Assembly: GCF_006345805.1 (NCBI RefSeq)
Contig: NC_042998.1
Location: 7,502,001-7,566,000, forward strand
Direction: 5' to 3'
DNA length: 64,000 bases
From: Octopus sinensis
Taxonomy: Eukaryota
Below, piece after piece: positions 37,891 through 51,156 of the stretch; position 1 is the first letter of the stretch, and each line of letters starts with the position of its first letter. A model generated the notes under the pieces. It was not told the origin of the DNA. It did not search any database and saw nothing but the letters and a program-made list of their open reading frames with translations. A program made the position numbers and the translations under genes.

Positions 37891-38837
37891 AGTAGTGAAG
37901 AAGAAAGAAGATCGCTACACGCTACCTAAGTAGCTAGTTAACGTGCTAATATTTATGCTTTTATGTTTACTCAATTATTTGTCAGTATGTTAACTTCTAG
38001 CAATCAGACATGTGGCCTTGTGGTTATGCAAATGGGCTCTCGATCATTAGTTCGTGGGTTCGGTTCTCAGCCCGGGAACTTTGTGTGCCCTTGAGTAAAG
38101 TACTTTAATTTCTGTTGCTCCATTTCGCTCAGCTAGTAAAAATCAGCTTTAAGACTGACGTGGCCAACCAGCGTCTATGAGCAGTGAACTGTTAGATTTC
38201 ATCTTTACCATTTGCCGGTTATTGCATTTTCCTCTTTTCTGTAGTATCGCCTTCATTCGGAGATATATAGTTTTAGCTTATTTTATAGACAATTAGACAT
38301 CTAGGTAATTATGTAATGTGCTAAATATCTTCTAGTTACTGTTTGTCTATATGTACGTTGGCGTGCTATTTATCGGACTCATTCATCCTTTGATCTGCGC
38401 CTCTCCGATTTTTTCGAACAGAACAGCAAAGATAAATATCTAGCGAATGTAGCTTGATATATATCTATGCTTGTGTATTATTTTGAATGGTTGCTTCCTG
38501 TGTCTTTTTGTTTACATACAGCAACATATAGAAAGAGAGATAAAACATTAGATCGTAGAGAAGAATGGGCTCCGACAGTTTAAAATTCTCATGGTACACC
38601 GTATGTTGCGACGGCAGTTCTATGAATTCATCAAGGATTGAAGGTCCAAACCAAAGAAATACAAATATATTTCTAGACAGATCGGAGGTACACACATACT
38701 TCAAATAGGTATCGTTTCTGTTCCCATTTTCTTTCCCACGTCTTTTCTTTGATTGTGTTCACCTGAAACGTCAGTCAACTTTTCCATTGATTTTCTTTTT
38801 TTCGGCGTACGACTCATTGTGCACAACTTTTATTTTC

Positions 38838-39270
38838 TTCAAAGCCACAGTCGAACCAATTCTACTATATGGCTCAGAAACCTGGACGTTATCAAAGAAG
38901 CTTGAGAGGCGGTTGGATGGAACCTACACTCGCCTCCTTATGAGAGCTCAAAATCTCTCATGGAAGTGTCATCCAACCAAAATGCAAATATATGGGAAAC
39001 TACCACCTGTGTTATCTCTTGTGAAAGGTAGAAGAGTCCAGGTTGTTGGACATTGTTGTAGAGCTGAAAACGAGGTAATTTCTACTCTTCTCCTCTGGAA
39101 GCCGTCTACTCGCAATACCAGAGGGCGCACACTTTCCTACCCTGATATAATCTCCAGGGATACAGGCATCCAGCAACAGGACCTCCGTAATGCCATGATG
39201 GACCGTGAAGTCTGGTGTAGCATGGTAAATTCCATTGTCTCGACCACGGTCGAACAATAATGATGATGAC
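38838..39270 (+). mobile_element. 5'-truncated RTE-clade LINE 3' end with ~45-bp flanking duplication
   Basis: EPILLYGSETWTLSKKLERRLDGTYTRLLMRA...GHCCR...DREVW; TAATGATGATGA tail; flanks 38793-38837 and 39271-39316 are near-identical. Confidence 0.88.
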
Positions 39271-39437
39271 TTCTTTTTTTTCGGCGTGCTACTCATTGTG
39301 CACAGCTTATATTTTCTTTCTTCTTGTGGGTTTGCATTCTATCTATTACTTTTCAAATTTTTCCCTACCTGCCGTAACCTATCACGTTGTCCATCTGTCC
39401 GTCTTTTTCTCCTTTCGTTCCACACACGCTCTTATAC

Positions 39438-39470
<33 letters not shown>

Positions 39471-39705
39471 GCGAGTAATAGATAGATGGAAGCCACACTT
39501 GTTGACGCCCTCAACATGAGAACTTCGAATTCTGTGACTTTTAAACGAATGTTGACACCTATCAACTCATGGCTTAGTTTCAGAGAACGTTCTTACAGTT
39601 CGAGTAAATTGAATCTTTCTATCTATCTGTCCATTCTCAGTAGACTAAGCAAATTCTGAGATGAACACGCGCGTGTTCTCGATTATTTATATATATATAT
39701 ATATA

Positions 39706-40009
39706 CTAGCAGTATCGCCCGGCGTTGCTCGAGTTTGTAAGGGAAATAACTATATAAGCATTTTTAGAGAGTTACTTCCCTTATATAATAGCAAAAAAAA
39801 TGCATTAAAAATGGGAAAAAATGATGGTAATTCTTTTTTAAAATCGTAGACTCATCGTAGACGCGCGCTAATACCCAGAAGGGCTTGATATGAATCACGA
39901 CTATAAGATACTCGCTTTTGGTTAAACTGCATCGCAAAATGTGGGAGTAGTTAGGAATCTAAATCGTAGGAGACAGACACTCACACAACTTCACTTTTAT
40001 ATATAAAGA
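39706..40009 (-). mobile_element. Non-autonomous Helitron (~300 bp)
   Basis: Minus strand: 5' TCTTTATATATAAAA...; 3' GC-rich hairpin CTCGAGCAACGCCGGG then CTAG; inserted between A and T in (AT)n, no TSD. Confidence 0.82.
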
Positions 40010-40142
40010 TATATATATATATATATATATATATCTAAAACTAGTTTGTTGAGCACTTTTGGTAGATTTTTGTATTAAAAATGCATTCCCGACGTACTTT
40101 AAATAACTAGATATTTAATCAGATTAGCATGCACATAAGCTG

Positions 40143-40202
<60 letters not shown>

Positions 40203-40779
40203 AAGAGGGGACTTATGTATGACTATTGTTTTGTTTCGTCTTTATCCCATATCTGTTTAATTCCCTTTACCACGAAAATATTCTCACGTTACTCTCTCTC
40301 ACTATTAATTTCTTAAAGAAATTAATACAAAACACATTGATGGTAATTTTGTAAGAGCAGAACGTAAGATTTACAATGATTTAAAACATTTGTTACTTAA
40401 ATGTAAAATTACATTGGCATTTATTACCACTTCGTCTTCATTTTCTCAAACTTTATCAGAACTAATTGGAATATTTTCACTAAATTTATTGAATTCTCAA
40501 ATAGTTAAAGAAAACCACAGAATTTCGAAAAAAACATATTCAATTTGACTGGTACTACTTTTATTAATTCTGAAAGGGTAAGAGACAAAGAGAAAAGATA
40601 AAATGCAAAGAAGGTAATTAAATGTAACTAAATACTACAAGGAATTTTGTCTGTCACTCAACTGATTTTATCACTCACCCCGCCGTACTTTTTACTAGAT
40701 TTATGTAAAGACATTGAAAAATTACACACGCGGTTGAGGAGTTTCATACTAGGAGTTGCCACGAATTTAGCCGAGAAGT

Positions 40780-40968
40780 GTAGGCATGGCTGCGTGGTTA
40801 AGAAGTCCGCTTTCCATCCGCGTGGTCCTCGATTCTATCCTGCTGCAAGGCACTCTGAGAAAGTACCTTCGATGGTTGTCTAATATCTTGTGAACAAACA
40901 TTTGGTAAATGGAGACTGTGTAGAACCTCGTTGCGTGCCCATGATCGCAAACACACACACACACACAC

Positions 40969-40999
<31 letters not shown>

Positions 41000-41170
41000 T
41001 GAATGTGTGTGTATGTGTCCGAATGATTAGAAAGTTCACTTCGCAATAACGGGGTTCCGGGTTCGATTCTACTGCATGGTATGTTGGGCAAATGTCAATT
41101 CTTATGGCCTGGATTGAACCTGTATCTTGTGAGTGAAACTGAGTAGACGGAAAGTGTACGGAAATCCGCT
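40780..41170 (+). mobile_element. Two old family-A-like SINE heads
   Basis: Degenerate A/B boxes at ~40785 and ~41050. Confidence 0.55.
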
Positions 41171-41265
41171 GGGTAGATTGAATTTGTAATTCGAAAGTAC
41201 AACCTCGCCACTGTGTCACGCTGATTCCGCGTGAGAATTACGTTAAGGCCATGTATGTCTATGGA

Positions 41266-41565
41266 GGCACATGGCCTAGTGGTTAGAGCAGCGGACTCGC
41301 GGTCGAGGGATCGCGGGTTCGAATCTCAGATCGGGCGATGTGTGTGTTTATGAGCGAGACACCTAAGCTTCACGCGGCTCCGGCAGAAGGTAATGGCGAA
41401 CTTCTGCTGACTATTTCGCCACATCTTTCTCTCATTCTTTCCTCCTGCATCTTGCAGCTCACCTGCGACGGACCGGTGTCCCATCCATGTGGGAAACCTA
41501 TACGCCAAAGAAACCGAGAAACCGGCCCTTATGAGCCAGGCATGGCTCGAGAAGGAACAAACATA
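41266..41565 (+). mobile_element. SINE with a family-B head and a different tail, 12-bp TSD, nested in an old B fragment
   Basis: TSD TATGTCTATGGA at 41254-41265 and 41566-41577. Confidence 0.85.
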
Positions 41566-41644
41566 TATGTCTATGGAATTCTAAACTAATCAAACCTTAA
41601 CTCAGGAGCAAGTAATTCAGTTCATCGGAAAACCCCCGAATACG

Positions 41645-41681
<37 letters not shown>

Positions 41682-41683
41682 TA

Positions 41684-41726
<43 letters not shown>

Positions 41727-41795
41727 TTAGGGAATGAAAACAAACCAATATCGGATGCCAAGCGGTGGAGGAGGACAAACATTCACACACGCATA

Positions 41796-42007
41796 CGAGG
41801 GAGTTCTGAAAAGTTCTTGGCTTTAAGATATCACGAAAGGCCTGGTTAGAGGTGCAACCTTCAGAGTTCTTGTACAGGGCTTAGAAAAACCGAAGGACCG
41901 CTGCAATAAGTGTGTGAATCTGAGAAGGGAATAAGTTGAATAAAATTCTGTTTAAGTGATCTTTCTGTATTTTCTTTTATCCAAAGCCCAAAAATCTTTC
42001 AACACTC

Positions 42008-42011
<4 letters not shown>
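41796..42011. mobile_element. Mariner-type MITE / deletion derivative
   Basis: TA|CGAGGGAGTTCTGAAAAG...CTTTCAACACTCCTCA|TA degenerate TIRs; internal remnant QGLEKPKDRCNKCVNLR resembles a mariner C-terminus. Confidence 0.6.
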
Positions 42012-42049
<38 letters not shown>

Positions 42050-42054
42050 ATATA

Positions 42055-42310
42055 AGCATTCTGTCGTTTACGACGACGCGGGTCTCAGCTTATACGATCA
42101 CCAGAACAGCTTGCTCGTGCAATTAACGTGCAAGTGGCTGAACACTCCCCAAAGACGTGTACTCTTAACGTAGTCCTCAGGGAGATTCAGCGTGGCACAG
42201 AGTGTGACAAGGCTGGCCTCCTTGAAATACAGGTAAGACGCATTTTTGCCAGCTGACTGAACTGGAGCAACGTGAAATAAAGTGTCTTGCTCAAGGACAC
42301 AACGCGTCCA
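42055..42310 (-). mobile_element. Chimeric SINE (family-D centre + family-B tail)
   Basis: Similarity to 23690-23740 and 20750-20920. Confidence 0.7.
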
Positions 42311-43117
42311 TGAATTGTATAGGGGTTGATGGTATTATCGACTAATTCCTTCTAAAAATTGTTGGCCTTGAATCTAATTAAAAACTATTATTACGCATGA
42401 AAGTCCATACTCCTTTACAGCAGATGCATAATTTACCAACGAGAACCTGTCGTGCATCTGTATAATATGTTTTGTTTTATAAGTTTATATCTTTCAAGTT
42501 TACATTGAATGTAGGTTTTTCCAATTATTTGTACACCAGCTTTAGGTATTTTATGTTGGCAGTTCATTGTTGTATTTGAATGATGTCATCGTCGGCTCGT
42601 GCTAGTTTCCGTGAAGAAATGACGGTGGCATGATTTTGATGAAGGTAGATCCCGAGTTGCTAGGAAGTGAGCCACGCATTCGGGCCTCGAAGACATTCTC
42701 TGCAGCACTTGGAAAATGTAACATGCAGGATCAAGCAACGAAACCGCAAGGGACTAGCGTCAGCCCAGGTATTGCATGTGCTACGCCTTCATTGCCAGTC
42801 TGGTTTTGCCTTCTTCATCCACTTATTCTGCCGATGAGAACTTTGGCTATTTTTTTTTCTTGGTATGCCCCCGCCAGATCCAACTAGATCAGTAGGAAAG
42901 AGTTCTCGTGGTGGTTTAACTGGAACGGGCTTGCTACTAAATCAGCGATTCAACTGAATATGACTGATCACCCAGGAGAAAGAAGATGGAGAGACAATGT
43001 ATTGTGTATTGCTCAGTGAAAGGTAGTAGCTCTACGCAGCCTTTGAGCCTATGATATTGTAATGATGATAAAGATTACTTCTGGAGTAGTTGAGGTGTTT
43101 TTCTTTTTTTATCTTTT

Positions 43118-43435
43118 TACTTGTTTCCATCATTGGGCTATGACCATGCTGACGCACCGGCTTGAAGGGTCTAGCCAAACAAATCAACCCCACTACTTGT
43201 CTAGTAATTATTCTATCGGGTTCCTTTGCCGAAGCGTTAAATTAAGTGGATGTAAACAAACCCTCACCGGTTGCTGAGCGGTGGGTGGGGAGTACGGAGA
43301 ATAAACACATACACAAATATATATTATACGACCAAATCTATTCACAAGGCTTTGGTAGATCCGAGTCTATGAAGTTATAGAAGACACTTGCCCAAGGTGT
43401 CACGCAATGGGACCGTATGGCTGGGAAGCAAACAT
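43118..43435 (-). mobile_element. Old family-A SINE
   Basis: Degenerate similarity. Confidence 0.65.
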
Positions 43436-44230
43436 CAAGAAGAAAGGAGAAAAAACAGCGAAAGTGAAAAATGTATATAATCCGATTAGGACGGGTTAAC
43501 ATATGGAACGAATGTATGTAATTAAAACCATATAATTTTTTATATCTCAACGGAGATCTGAACTGATAAATATTTTAAACAAAGTTCGTTGTAGATAAAA
43601 GCTTATTGATCAGTACTGAATGGTACTTCATCACGGTCAAAAGAAAAAAAATAATACTAACAATAATAAATTGTACATAACAAACATGATAATTGACAAT
43701 TCTGTCACATTAATTTTCAATAAGGAGAAGCGACTTACAGAAGACTTATTGAAAGACGTTTTTTTTCCCCTCTCTATCCAAATGTTGTTTACAGTCTGAA
43801 CAGTTACAACGCCGTCTGTTGCACGACCACCGAATCATATGTCTGATTAGAATAACAGCTGCTAAAAGGTGTAATAACATCAGACGTAAACACTTCTAAC
43901 AGACGCAAATACAAAAACAATGTATATATTAGAAGACAGACAGACAGACGTAGAAATACGTACAAAATACTGTAATTTGTCTTGTATTTGTTGTAGCCGT
44001 TTTTTTCTTCATAATTTGACACACATACACACATAACACGCAGGCAATTGTTTCTAGCATAAGCTAAAACCTTGACATTTCGGGGGATGTGCTGGTCGCT
44101 CGGTGCTTTATTTTATCGACTGCGAAAGTATGAAGGGCTAAGGTGACCTCGACGAGATTTGAACTCAAAGATTTGTAATTTATCTATCTAACGTTCTAAC
44201 GACTTTGTTAATTCGTCGCCTATTCTTATA

Positions 44231-44324
44231 CAGGGTGGGGCAAAAGTCACCAAAAGCTATCAAATTTGATTAAATATTTTTAATGATCTTTTTTTATTTA
44301 GATGTGATATTTTTCCCACCAAGC

Positions 44325-44356
<32 letters not shown>

Positions 44357-44427
44357 CTAAATAACAAACAATCATTAAAAATATTTATTCAAATTTTATA
44401 CCTTTTGGTGACTTTTGTCCCACCCTG
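44231..44427. mobile_element. Tc1/mariner MITE
   Basis: TIRs CAGGGTGGGGCAAAAGTCACCAAAAG / CTTTTGGTGACTTTTGTCCCACCCTG; TA at both ends. Confidence 0.85.
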
Positions 44428-44493
44428 TATAAGAATAGGCGACGAATTAACAAAGTCATTAGAACGTCAGATAGATAAACCTACAGTACCCCA

Positions 44494-44561
<68 letters not shown>

Positions 44562-44769
44562 CGTGCGTTTCTGTCTGTCCCCCACTGCCGCTTCACAACC
44601 GGTGTTGTTGTGATTATGTCACTGTTATTTAGCAATTCAGCAATAGAAACCGGTAGAATAAGTACCAGGTTTTAAAAAAGTACTGGGTTCGTTTCATTTG
44701 ACTAAAAATTCAAATGCGGTGCCCCAGCATGGTTGCAGTATAATGATGGAAAGATAAAAGCTAATCCGT

Positions 44770-45165
44770 TTAAAATTCTTTTCTACTCTAGGCACAAGGA
44801 CTGAAATTTTGGGGGAGTGGGAGCAGTCGATTAGATCGACCCCAGTACGCAACTTAATTTATCGACCCCGAAAGGATGAAAGGCAAAGTCAACCTCGGCG
44901 AAATTTGAACTCAGAACGTAGCGGCAGACGAAATACCTATTTCTTTACTACCCACAAGGGGCTAAACACATAGGGGACAAACAAGGACAGACACACGGAT
45001 TAAGTCGATTACATTGACCCCAGTGCGTAACTGGTACTTAATTTATCGACCCCGAAAGGATGAAAGGCAAAGTCGACCTCGGCGGAATTTGAACTCAGAA
45101 CGTAACGGCAGACGAAATACCGCTGGGCATTTCGCCCGGCGTGCTAACGTTTCTGCCAGCTCACC
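44770..45165 (-). mobile_element. SINE family C, head + two body units (different tails)
   Basis: Junction AAAGAAATAGGTATTTCGTCTG at ~44925-44948. Confidence 0.85.
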
Positions 45166-45216
45166 GTTTAAAATTATGAATGCACTACATGTTGTCTAAA
45201 TATATTATTAAAGTCT

Positions 45217-45440
45217 AAGGCGGCGAGCTGGCTGAAACGTTTGCCACCCGGGCGAAATGCGTAGCCGTACTTCGTCTGTCGTTACGTTCCGAGTTCAAAT
45301 TCCGCCGAGGTCGACTTTGCCTTTCATCCTTTCGGGGTCGATAAATTTACTACCAGTTACGCACTGGGGTCGATGTAATCCCTTTGTCTGTCCTTGTTTG
45401 TCCCCCCTGTGTTTAGCCCCTTGTGGGTAGTAAAGAAATA
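45217..45440 (+). mobile_element. SINE family C monomer
   Basis: GGCGGCGAGCTGGC head, GAGTTCAAATTCC B box. Confidence 0.85.
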
Positions 45441-46436
45441 TATATTATTAAAGTCTTATAGTAAAATTTACAAATATTCTAGTAAACAAGATATGTTGCG
45501 TCATATCATCTCGTTTGGCCATTATTGAAAACATATACAGCGCGGAGACGTACTTAAATATTGGAACAGAGTGTGGTGTGAAGGTCAGAACTTCGGTACG
45601 CGTATCATATTTTCGAACTTTCTCACAGACATGCTTTTCTTTTGCTCAATTTAAGGATCCTTATTACTTTAAGAAGCAGTCCACTTCTACTTTAAAACAG
45701 AAGTGGAAGAGGAAATCATTCAGACAAAATGTTTTCTTCAATAATATATTCGAAGATGGAATGATTTTAATGTAAATAGCGGCCGCTTTTCTTATCTTTT
45801 TCTTTCTTTCTCTCTCTTTTTCTTTCTCTCTCTTTTCTTTCTTTCTTTCTTTCTCTTTTTCTTTCTCTTGTATGTGTTTCGAATCAAGCTGCCTTCATAC
45901 TTTCAATTTACATTCCCATACGGCTTTGATTTAAATAATTCTTCTGTCAAAAGTAGACACAAGCAAAATCAATAATCAATTAGACTGTTGAAATCATTGA
46001 ACAACACATTTAATGGCACAAGGAATGTGAAAAAAGAAAAATTATATTTTTATTCTTTTACATCATATTTTATAATAGACTTAAAAGAAACTGGACCTCC
46101 TGGTGCTTTGTAAAGTTGTTATTGTTTAATCACTGGCAAGTTTTGATCGAATTGGCTCATGATCAAAAACAGGAGTATGCCGTCCTTATTGTATGCCTAA
46201 AAAACAATATTTTTCAACATATTTTCCCCATTTTTTTCGTATTGTTGGGCATGAAATGAGGAAACTATTCGCACACCTTTGGAGCATGTCAATGAAGAAT
46301 TTTGTGACTCACTATATTTCACACACTTAGAGCAGAACTATCTTCTCGTTCGAGTTAAGGACCCCGAATTTTGTGTTTGTTGACAAGGAATGTGATCTTC
46401 AGATGAGTGAAGGCAGGTTGAGGACCACATAGAACC

Positions 46437-46600
46437 ACGTTCTGAGTTCAAATTCCGCCGAGGTCGACTTTGCCTTTCATCCTTTCGGGGTCGATAAATT
46501 AAGTACCAGTTACGCACTGGAGTCGATGTAATCGACTTAATCCGTTTGTCTGTCATTGTTTGTTCCCTCTGTGTTTAGCTCCCCCCCGTGGGCAATAAAT
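46437..46600 (+). mobile_element. SINE family C, 5'-truncated
   Basis: Similarity to the other C copies. Confidence 0.8.
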
Positions 46601-46646
46601 AAATAAATATATATATATATGTATACGAAACGAGTTTTAAAACATT

Positions 46647-47088
46647 ATTGGGCAAGGTTGTATATGGAAGACCAGCAGTCGCCCACACATACCAGTCTCC
46701 CCTCTCCATGCCACCGATGTTATCCAAGGGAAAGGCAAAGGCCGATACAGCTTGGCACCTGTGACGTCGCAGCTCATTTATAAACGTGCAAGTGGTTGAG
46801 CACTCCACAGACACGTGTACCCTTAACGTAGTTCTCGGGGAGATTCAGCGTGACACAGAGTGTGACAAGGCTGACCCATTGAAATACAGATACAACAGAA
46901 ACAGGAAGAAAGAGTGAGAGAAAGTTGTGGTGAAAGAGTACAGCAGAGTTCACCCCCCCCCCTGCCGGAGCCTCGTGGAGCTTTAGGTGTTTTCGCTCAA
47001 TAAACACTCACAATGCTCGGTCTGGGAATCGAAACCGCGATCCTACGACCGCGAGTCCGCTGCCCTAACCACTGAGCCATTGCGCCTC
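46647..47088 (-). mobile_element. Chimeric SINE (family-B head and body fused to a family-D 3' part)
   Basis: Switch at ~46778 (GCACGTTTAT|AAATGAGCTG on the minus strand). Confidence 0.82.
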
Positions 47089-47145
47089 CACACACACACA
47101 CACACACATATATGAGGAGGTATATCTCTTTCTCTCAGTTATAAC

Positions 47146-47378
47146 CTATTTCTTTACTACCCGCAAGGGGCTAAACACAGAGAGGATAAACAAGGACAGA
47201 CAAACGGATTAAGTCATTATATCGACCCCAGTGTGTAACTGGTATTTATTTAATCGACCCCGAAAGGATGAAAGGCAAAGTCGACCTTGGCGGAATTTGA
47301 ACCCAGAACGTAACGGCAGACGAAATACCACTAAGCATTTCGCCTGGCGTGCTAACGATTCTGCCAGCTCGCCGCCTT
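47146..47378 (-). mobile_element. SINE family C monomer
   Basis: Full head to tail. Confidence 0.85.
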
Positions 47379-48673
47379 ATAACCGTTGGTTAATTCTTAA
47401 AATAGGAATCGGAAAATGTCCTTTACTTAGATTGACTTGCAGGTAGATCAGATTATGTAAAGGTGCAGGAGTTAGTAGCATCCTTAATTTGATAAATTCA
47501 CAAACACGTACCTTACATTAAATTATTCTTTTGTTTTGTGTCATAAACCATTTTTGTCTTTCATGTATGATTCTAGATACTATGACAGCAAGCGTATGCA
47601 AATTTAAATGCCATGTATGGGGTTCGCACACCTGTTATAAAGTGATAATTGAGTTCATCATGCACCGCCAAAAGTGACAGCAGGTATCCGTTCCCAGCAC
47701 ACAAAACCAAAGATGAAACTTTCAACCAGGTTTTATAATGGCATTATGTCACGCTTGGTTAGCCTACGATGTGAAACTCTCGTCAACCAGTTGGCGAGTC
47801 GGTCCAACGATTATATTAATCATTAGTAAGATTGCTAGACTGATAGGTAAGATCGCTAGACTGTGGAACTAAAATGCCTAGCGGTATTTGTTCCGCTTCT
47901 TTACGACCTGAATTAAATCCAACAGACATCAATTTTGCATTCGTTTCACCCGTAACCTATAAAAATCAATAGTTAGTTAAGTACTTGGGCGGATGTATAT
48001 AAATCGACGGCTCCTTCATTTTTGTTTACGCTAGAAACGATTATTTTAGTCAATCACGTACATTACTTTCCTTCTCCTTTTCGTGCATCATACTTCTTTC
48101 CTTTTTCTTTCTTTTCCTGATCGTTTGTTCACACACTTTCTCTTTTCAGTTTTCTCTAGGCATGGTAAGCCAATAGATTATGGGAATATATATTCATAAA
48201 AGTGTCGCTTTGTGAAATAACATGAAACCAGATCGCTTTCATCAGCAACATATTCCCCACGAGTTAGTGACGCGTTTGCAGATGTTCTAGTTCAGTTTGG
48301 GAAATCACTTGATATTTTAAAAGAAATTGGAGCATAATATGGGAATTACTCTTTATGGCCTCTTTCATTGGCTGTTGAAGACGTAAGGATTTCGTGGTAA
48401 ATGTTAAAGTATATCTTACTCTTTATTTTTTTAAAATTATTCTTTGGGAAATACAGATTTTAGGTCAGTAGAAATTCTTTTACTGAAATATAAGAGGTGG
48501 CATAACTCAAAGATAAGGAACGAGAAACGTTTACGTAAGTAAACAAAATTTGGAATGAAGACGACGACGACCACGGTGATGATGGGAAATAGTGAGAAGA
48601 ATGTCTGAGTGCAATCCTGCTGTTACTGCGGTCAGTCTGACCACAATAGCATGGTGATATATGATGACGGTTA

Positions 48674-49092
48674 GGGCGGCGAGCTGGCAGAAACGTTAGC
48701 ACGCCGGGCGAAATGATCAGCAGTATTTCGTCTGTCGCTACGTTCTGAGTTCAAATTCCACCGAGGTCGACTTTGCCTTTCATTCTTTCGGGGTCGATTA
48801 AATAAGTACCAGTTACGCAATGGGGTCGATATAATCGACTTAATTCGTTTGTCTGTCCTTGTTTGTCCTCTCTGTTTTTAGCCCCTTGTGGGTAGTAAAG
48901 AAATAAGTATTTCGCCTGTCGTTACGTTCTGAGTTCAAATTCCGCCGAGGTCGACTTTGCCTTTTATCCTTTCGGGGTCGATAAATTAAGTACCAGTTAC
49001 GCACTTGGGTCGACATAAAAACGACTTAATTCATTTGTCTGTCCTTGTTTGTCCTCTCTGTTTTTAGCCCCTTGTGGGTAGTAAAGAAATAA
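48674..49092 (+). mobile_element. SINE family C dimer (head + 2 x ~184-bp body)
   Basis: Units start GTATTTCG at 48723 and 48907. Confidence 0.88.
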
Positions 49093-49204
49093 ATATATGA
49101 TGACGGTTTCTTTCATCTATGAATAACTCTTTGCTTCATTAAGACGTACACTTGCGGATCATTGAGACTCCGACTACATGGAAGAAAGGAGCGAGTACAT
49201 AACC

Positions 49205-49239
<35 letters not shown>

Positions 49240-49574
49240 GTTGAGAACTAGAGAGAGATTGGCCGTAGTAATAGAACTAGAGAGAAACTGGCTGTGCCAT
49301 AGTGTGCAGTATAAACAGTAGCTTTTTTCAAGTTTCTGCAAAAATCGATAAAATTGCTTTGAACATCACCGAAAGGAGTAGATACAAAAGAGTATGCAAA
49401 AGAAAGTGGAACGGAGATTGTGACTTCTGTATGGAAAAACTTGACGATAATGAAAAGAGGTTGAGTATGATGGTGGTGATAAACAGTGAAGATGACTACG
49501 ATGACAAGACTGATAATGGCGATGGGGGGTCGATAGTGGAGGAGATCGGCTAATGATGAGTGGAAAGTATGATA

Positions 49575-50000
49575 ATGTCAGCTGGCGCCCCCAAAGTCCA
49601 TCCCCTCCTCACCGTGGTGGGGACGCTGGCAACGGGTAGTGTCAGAGCTATGCCGTCGGGAACTTCGGTTCCTGGTAGGGCCAACCAAGGCGGATTGGTC
49701 TGACACCGAGTGGTATTAGGGCCACAACCCGGCAGACGACGGGGCTCTGGTGAAAATCCTCGGAGTGTCTGCTTCGGTAACCGGCGGTTCCTCGGTCGTT
49801 CTGTTCCTGCCTCTGCGGACAATCTGCGGCAAACAGGATGTCTCTACATGCGGGATTGTTGGGGACCGCTTGTGAAATCCACATATTCCCACGAAACTTT
49901 TTCCATGAATAGAAGAAGCCGACTCAACCCGCCCAGGGTGAATGTCACCACAAGTACAAGTAAGTTCAAACGGCCATAAAATACAAATTTCACACGAGCG
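49575..50000 (+). mobile_element. Probable LINE (RTE-like) 5'-UTR fragment
   Basis: GC-rich island in AT-rich context; no diagnostic ORF. Confidence 0.35.
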
Positions 50001-50088
50001 CTACAATTATTACAACAATTATTGCAGTTATTACACGCTACAATTATTACTGATGCTCTTTTGCAAGACTGCAAGTATTCTACGATTT

Positions 50089-50576
50089 GGATCTTCACCT
50101 TTTGACCAGCAGGTTTAGAAAATAAATTTTTTGTAATTAAACACTTTCAAACTTCGCATACTGGTAGAATGTGTCATATAAAACATCTTTTAGTCTTAGC
50201 ATTTTTGAGAAAAGTTTATATTTACGAAGTTATATCGTGTTAAAGTTGTCTTATTTCGGTAATTTCAACCAATCAATGACGCGTATTCAGCTGAATAAAA
50301 TTACAGCTGTTGTTTGTCAACAACTTCCGGAGGTGTATATTCCATTTATGACATATTTCATCTCAGTTACATTTGTATAAACAAACGTGTGTATCCGAAG
50401 CGTGTTTACTTCATGGCATCACCATAACCGTTTGTGCATTTCTACTGCTTTTAGTTTTTTTTTCCTGCTTTTCAGCTACTATTTTCGGAAACACTTTTTT
50501 GCTCCTCCCCCTCCAATTTCTTCATTTTTCACTTTTTTCTGTAACTCTAACCTAACCCTAAATCCCCAACCCTAAC
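50089..50576. mobile_element. One-ended copy of the 35175 Merlin-like MITE
   Basis: Matches 35175-35670 and stops in the telomere-like tract. Confidence 0.82.
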
Positions 50577-51156
50577 AGGTAAAAAGGAAATTTCAGAGGG
50601 ATATAACTATGTAAAGGAAGGATTCGTTGGAGCGTTTCGTAAGTGCGATCGTGGTCAGAATTAGAAACCGAGAAACCTCACAAGGACGCGGCTACCGAAC
50701 GTAATAAACCACTCTGAATTAACGAGTTACGTATTATGACATCTTGAGATTCTCCCTTTTATTTGTTTACTAACATTTTTGTTTACATGTTTTTTATGTT
50801 TGTGTTACTTGTTTATTTATTTTTGTGCTTAAAAACCAATGTTTCAAATTATCAACATATTTACAATATCTTATCGTTTGATCAAAAGATTCTAGATTAT
50901 TTTAACTAACTAAACCTAACTCAGGAATCCAGTGTAGTTTGTCAATTAAAATCGAAAAATTATAGGAAAACGTAGAAAACAGATGTTTAGTGTATAACAG
51001 CCAGAAGTGCAACTGTGAAGTAGCACAAGCGCTACAGAACCGAACTTGTAATGTATAGTTCCGATTTAGGACATTCTGAGTTCGTATCACGGCAAAGTAA
51101 TCTTTTACTAGTCACACATTCAGGGATCCCAAATTTTCCTCAAATATCACCTTTTT

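Noticed and set aside
38765-38775. CTGAAACGTC as a hammerhead 3' half
   Set aside because: No upstream CUGANGA core.
39663-39678. Perfect 16-bp palindrome GAACACGCGCGTGTTC
   Set aside because: Isolated and short, built on a CG/CA repeat; plausible by chance.
42590-43000. Possible RTE 5' fragment on the minus strand
   Set aside because: Only a compositional resemblance; no motif firm enough to list.
49302-49553. 83-aa acidic ORF
   Set aside because: Starts at GTG; the acidity comes from GAT/GAC-rich low-complexity sequence; no splice or homology support.
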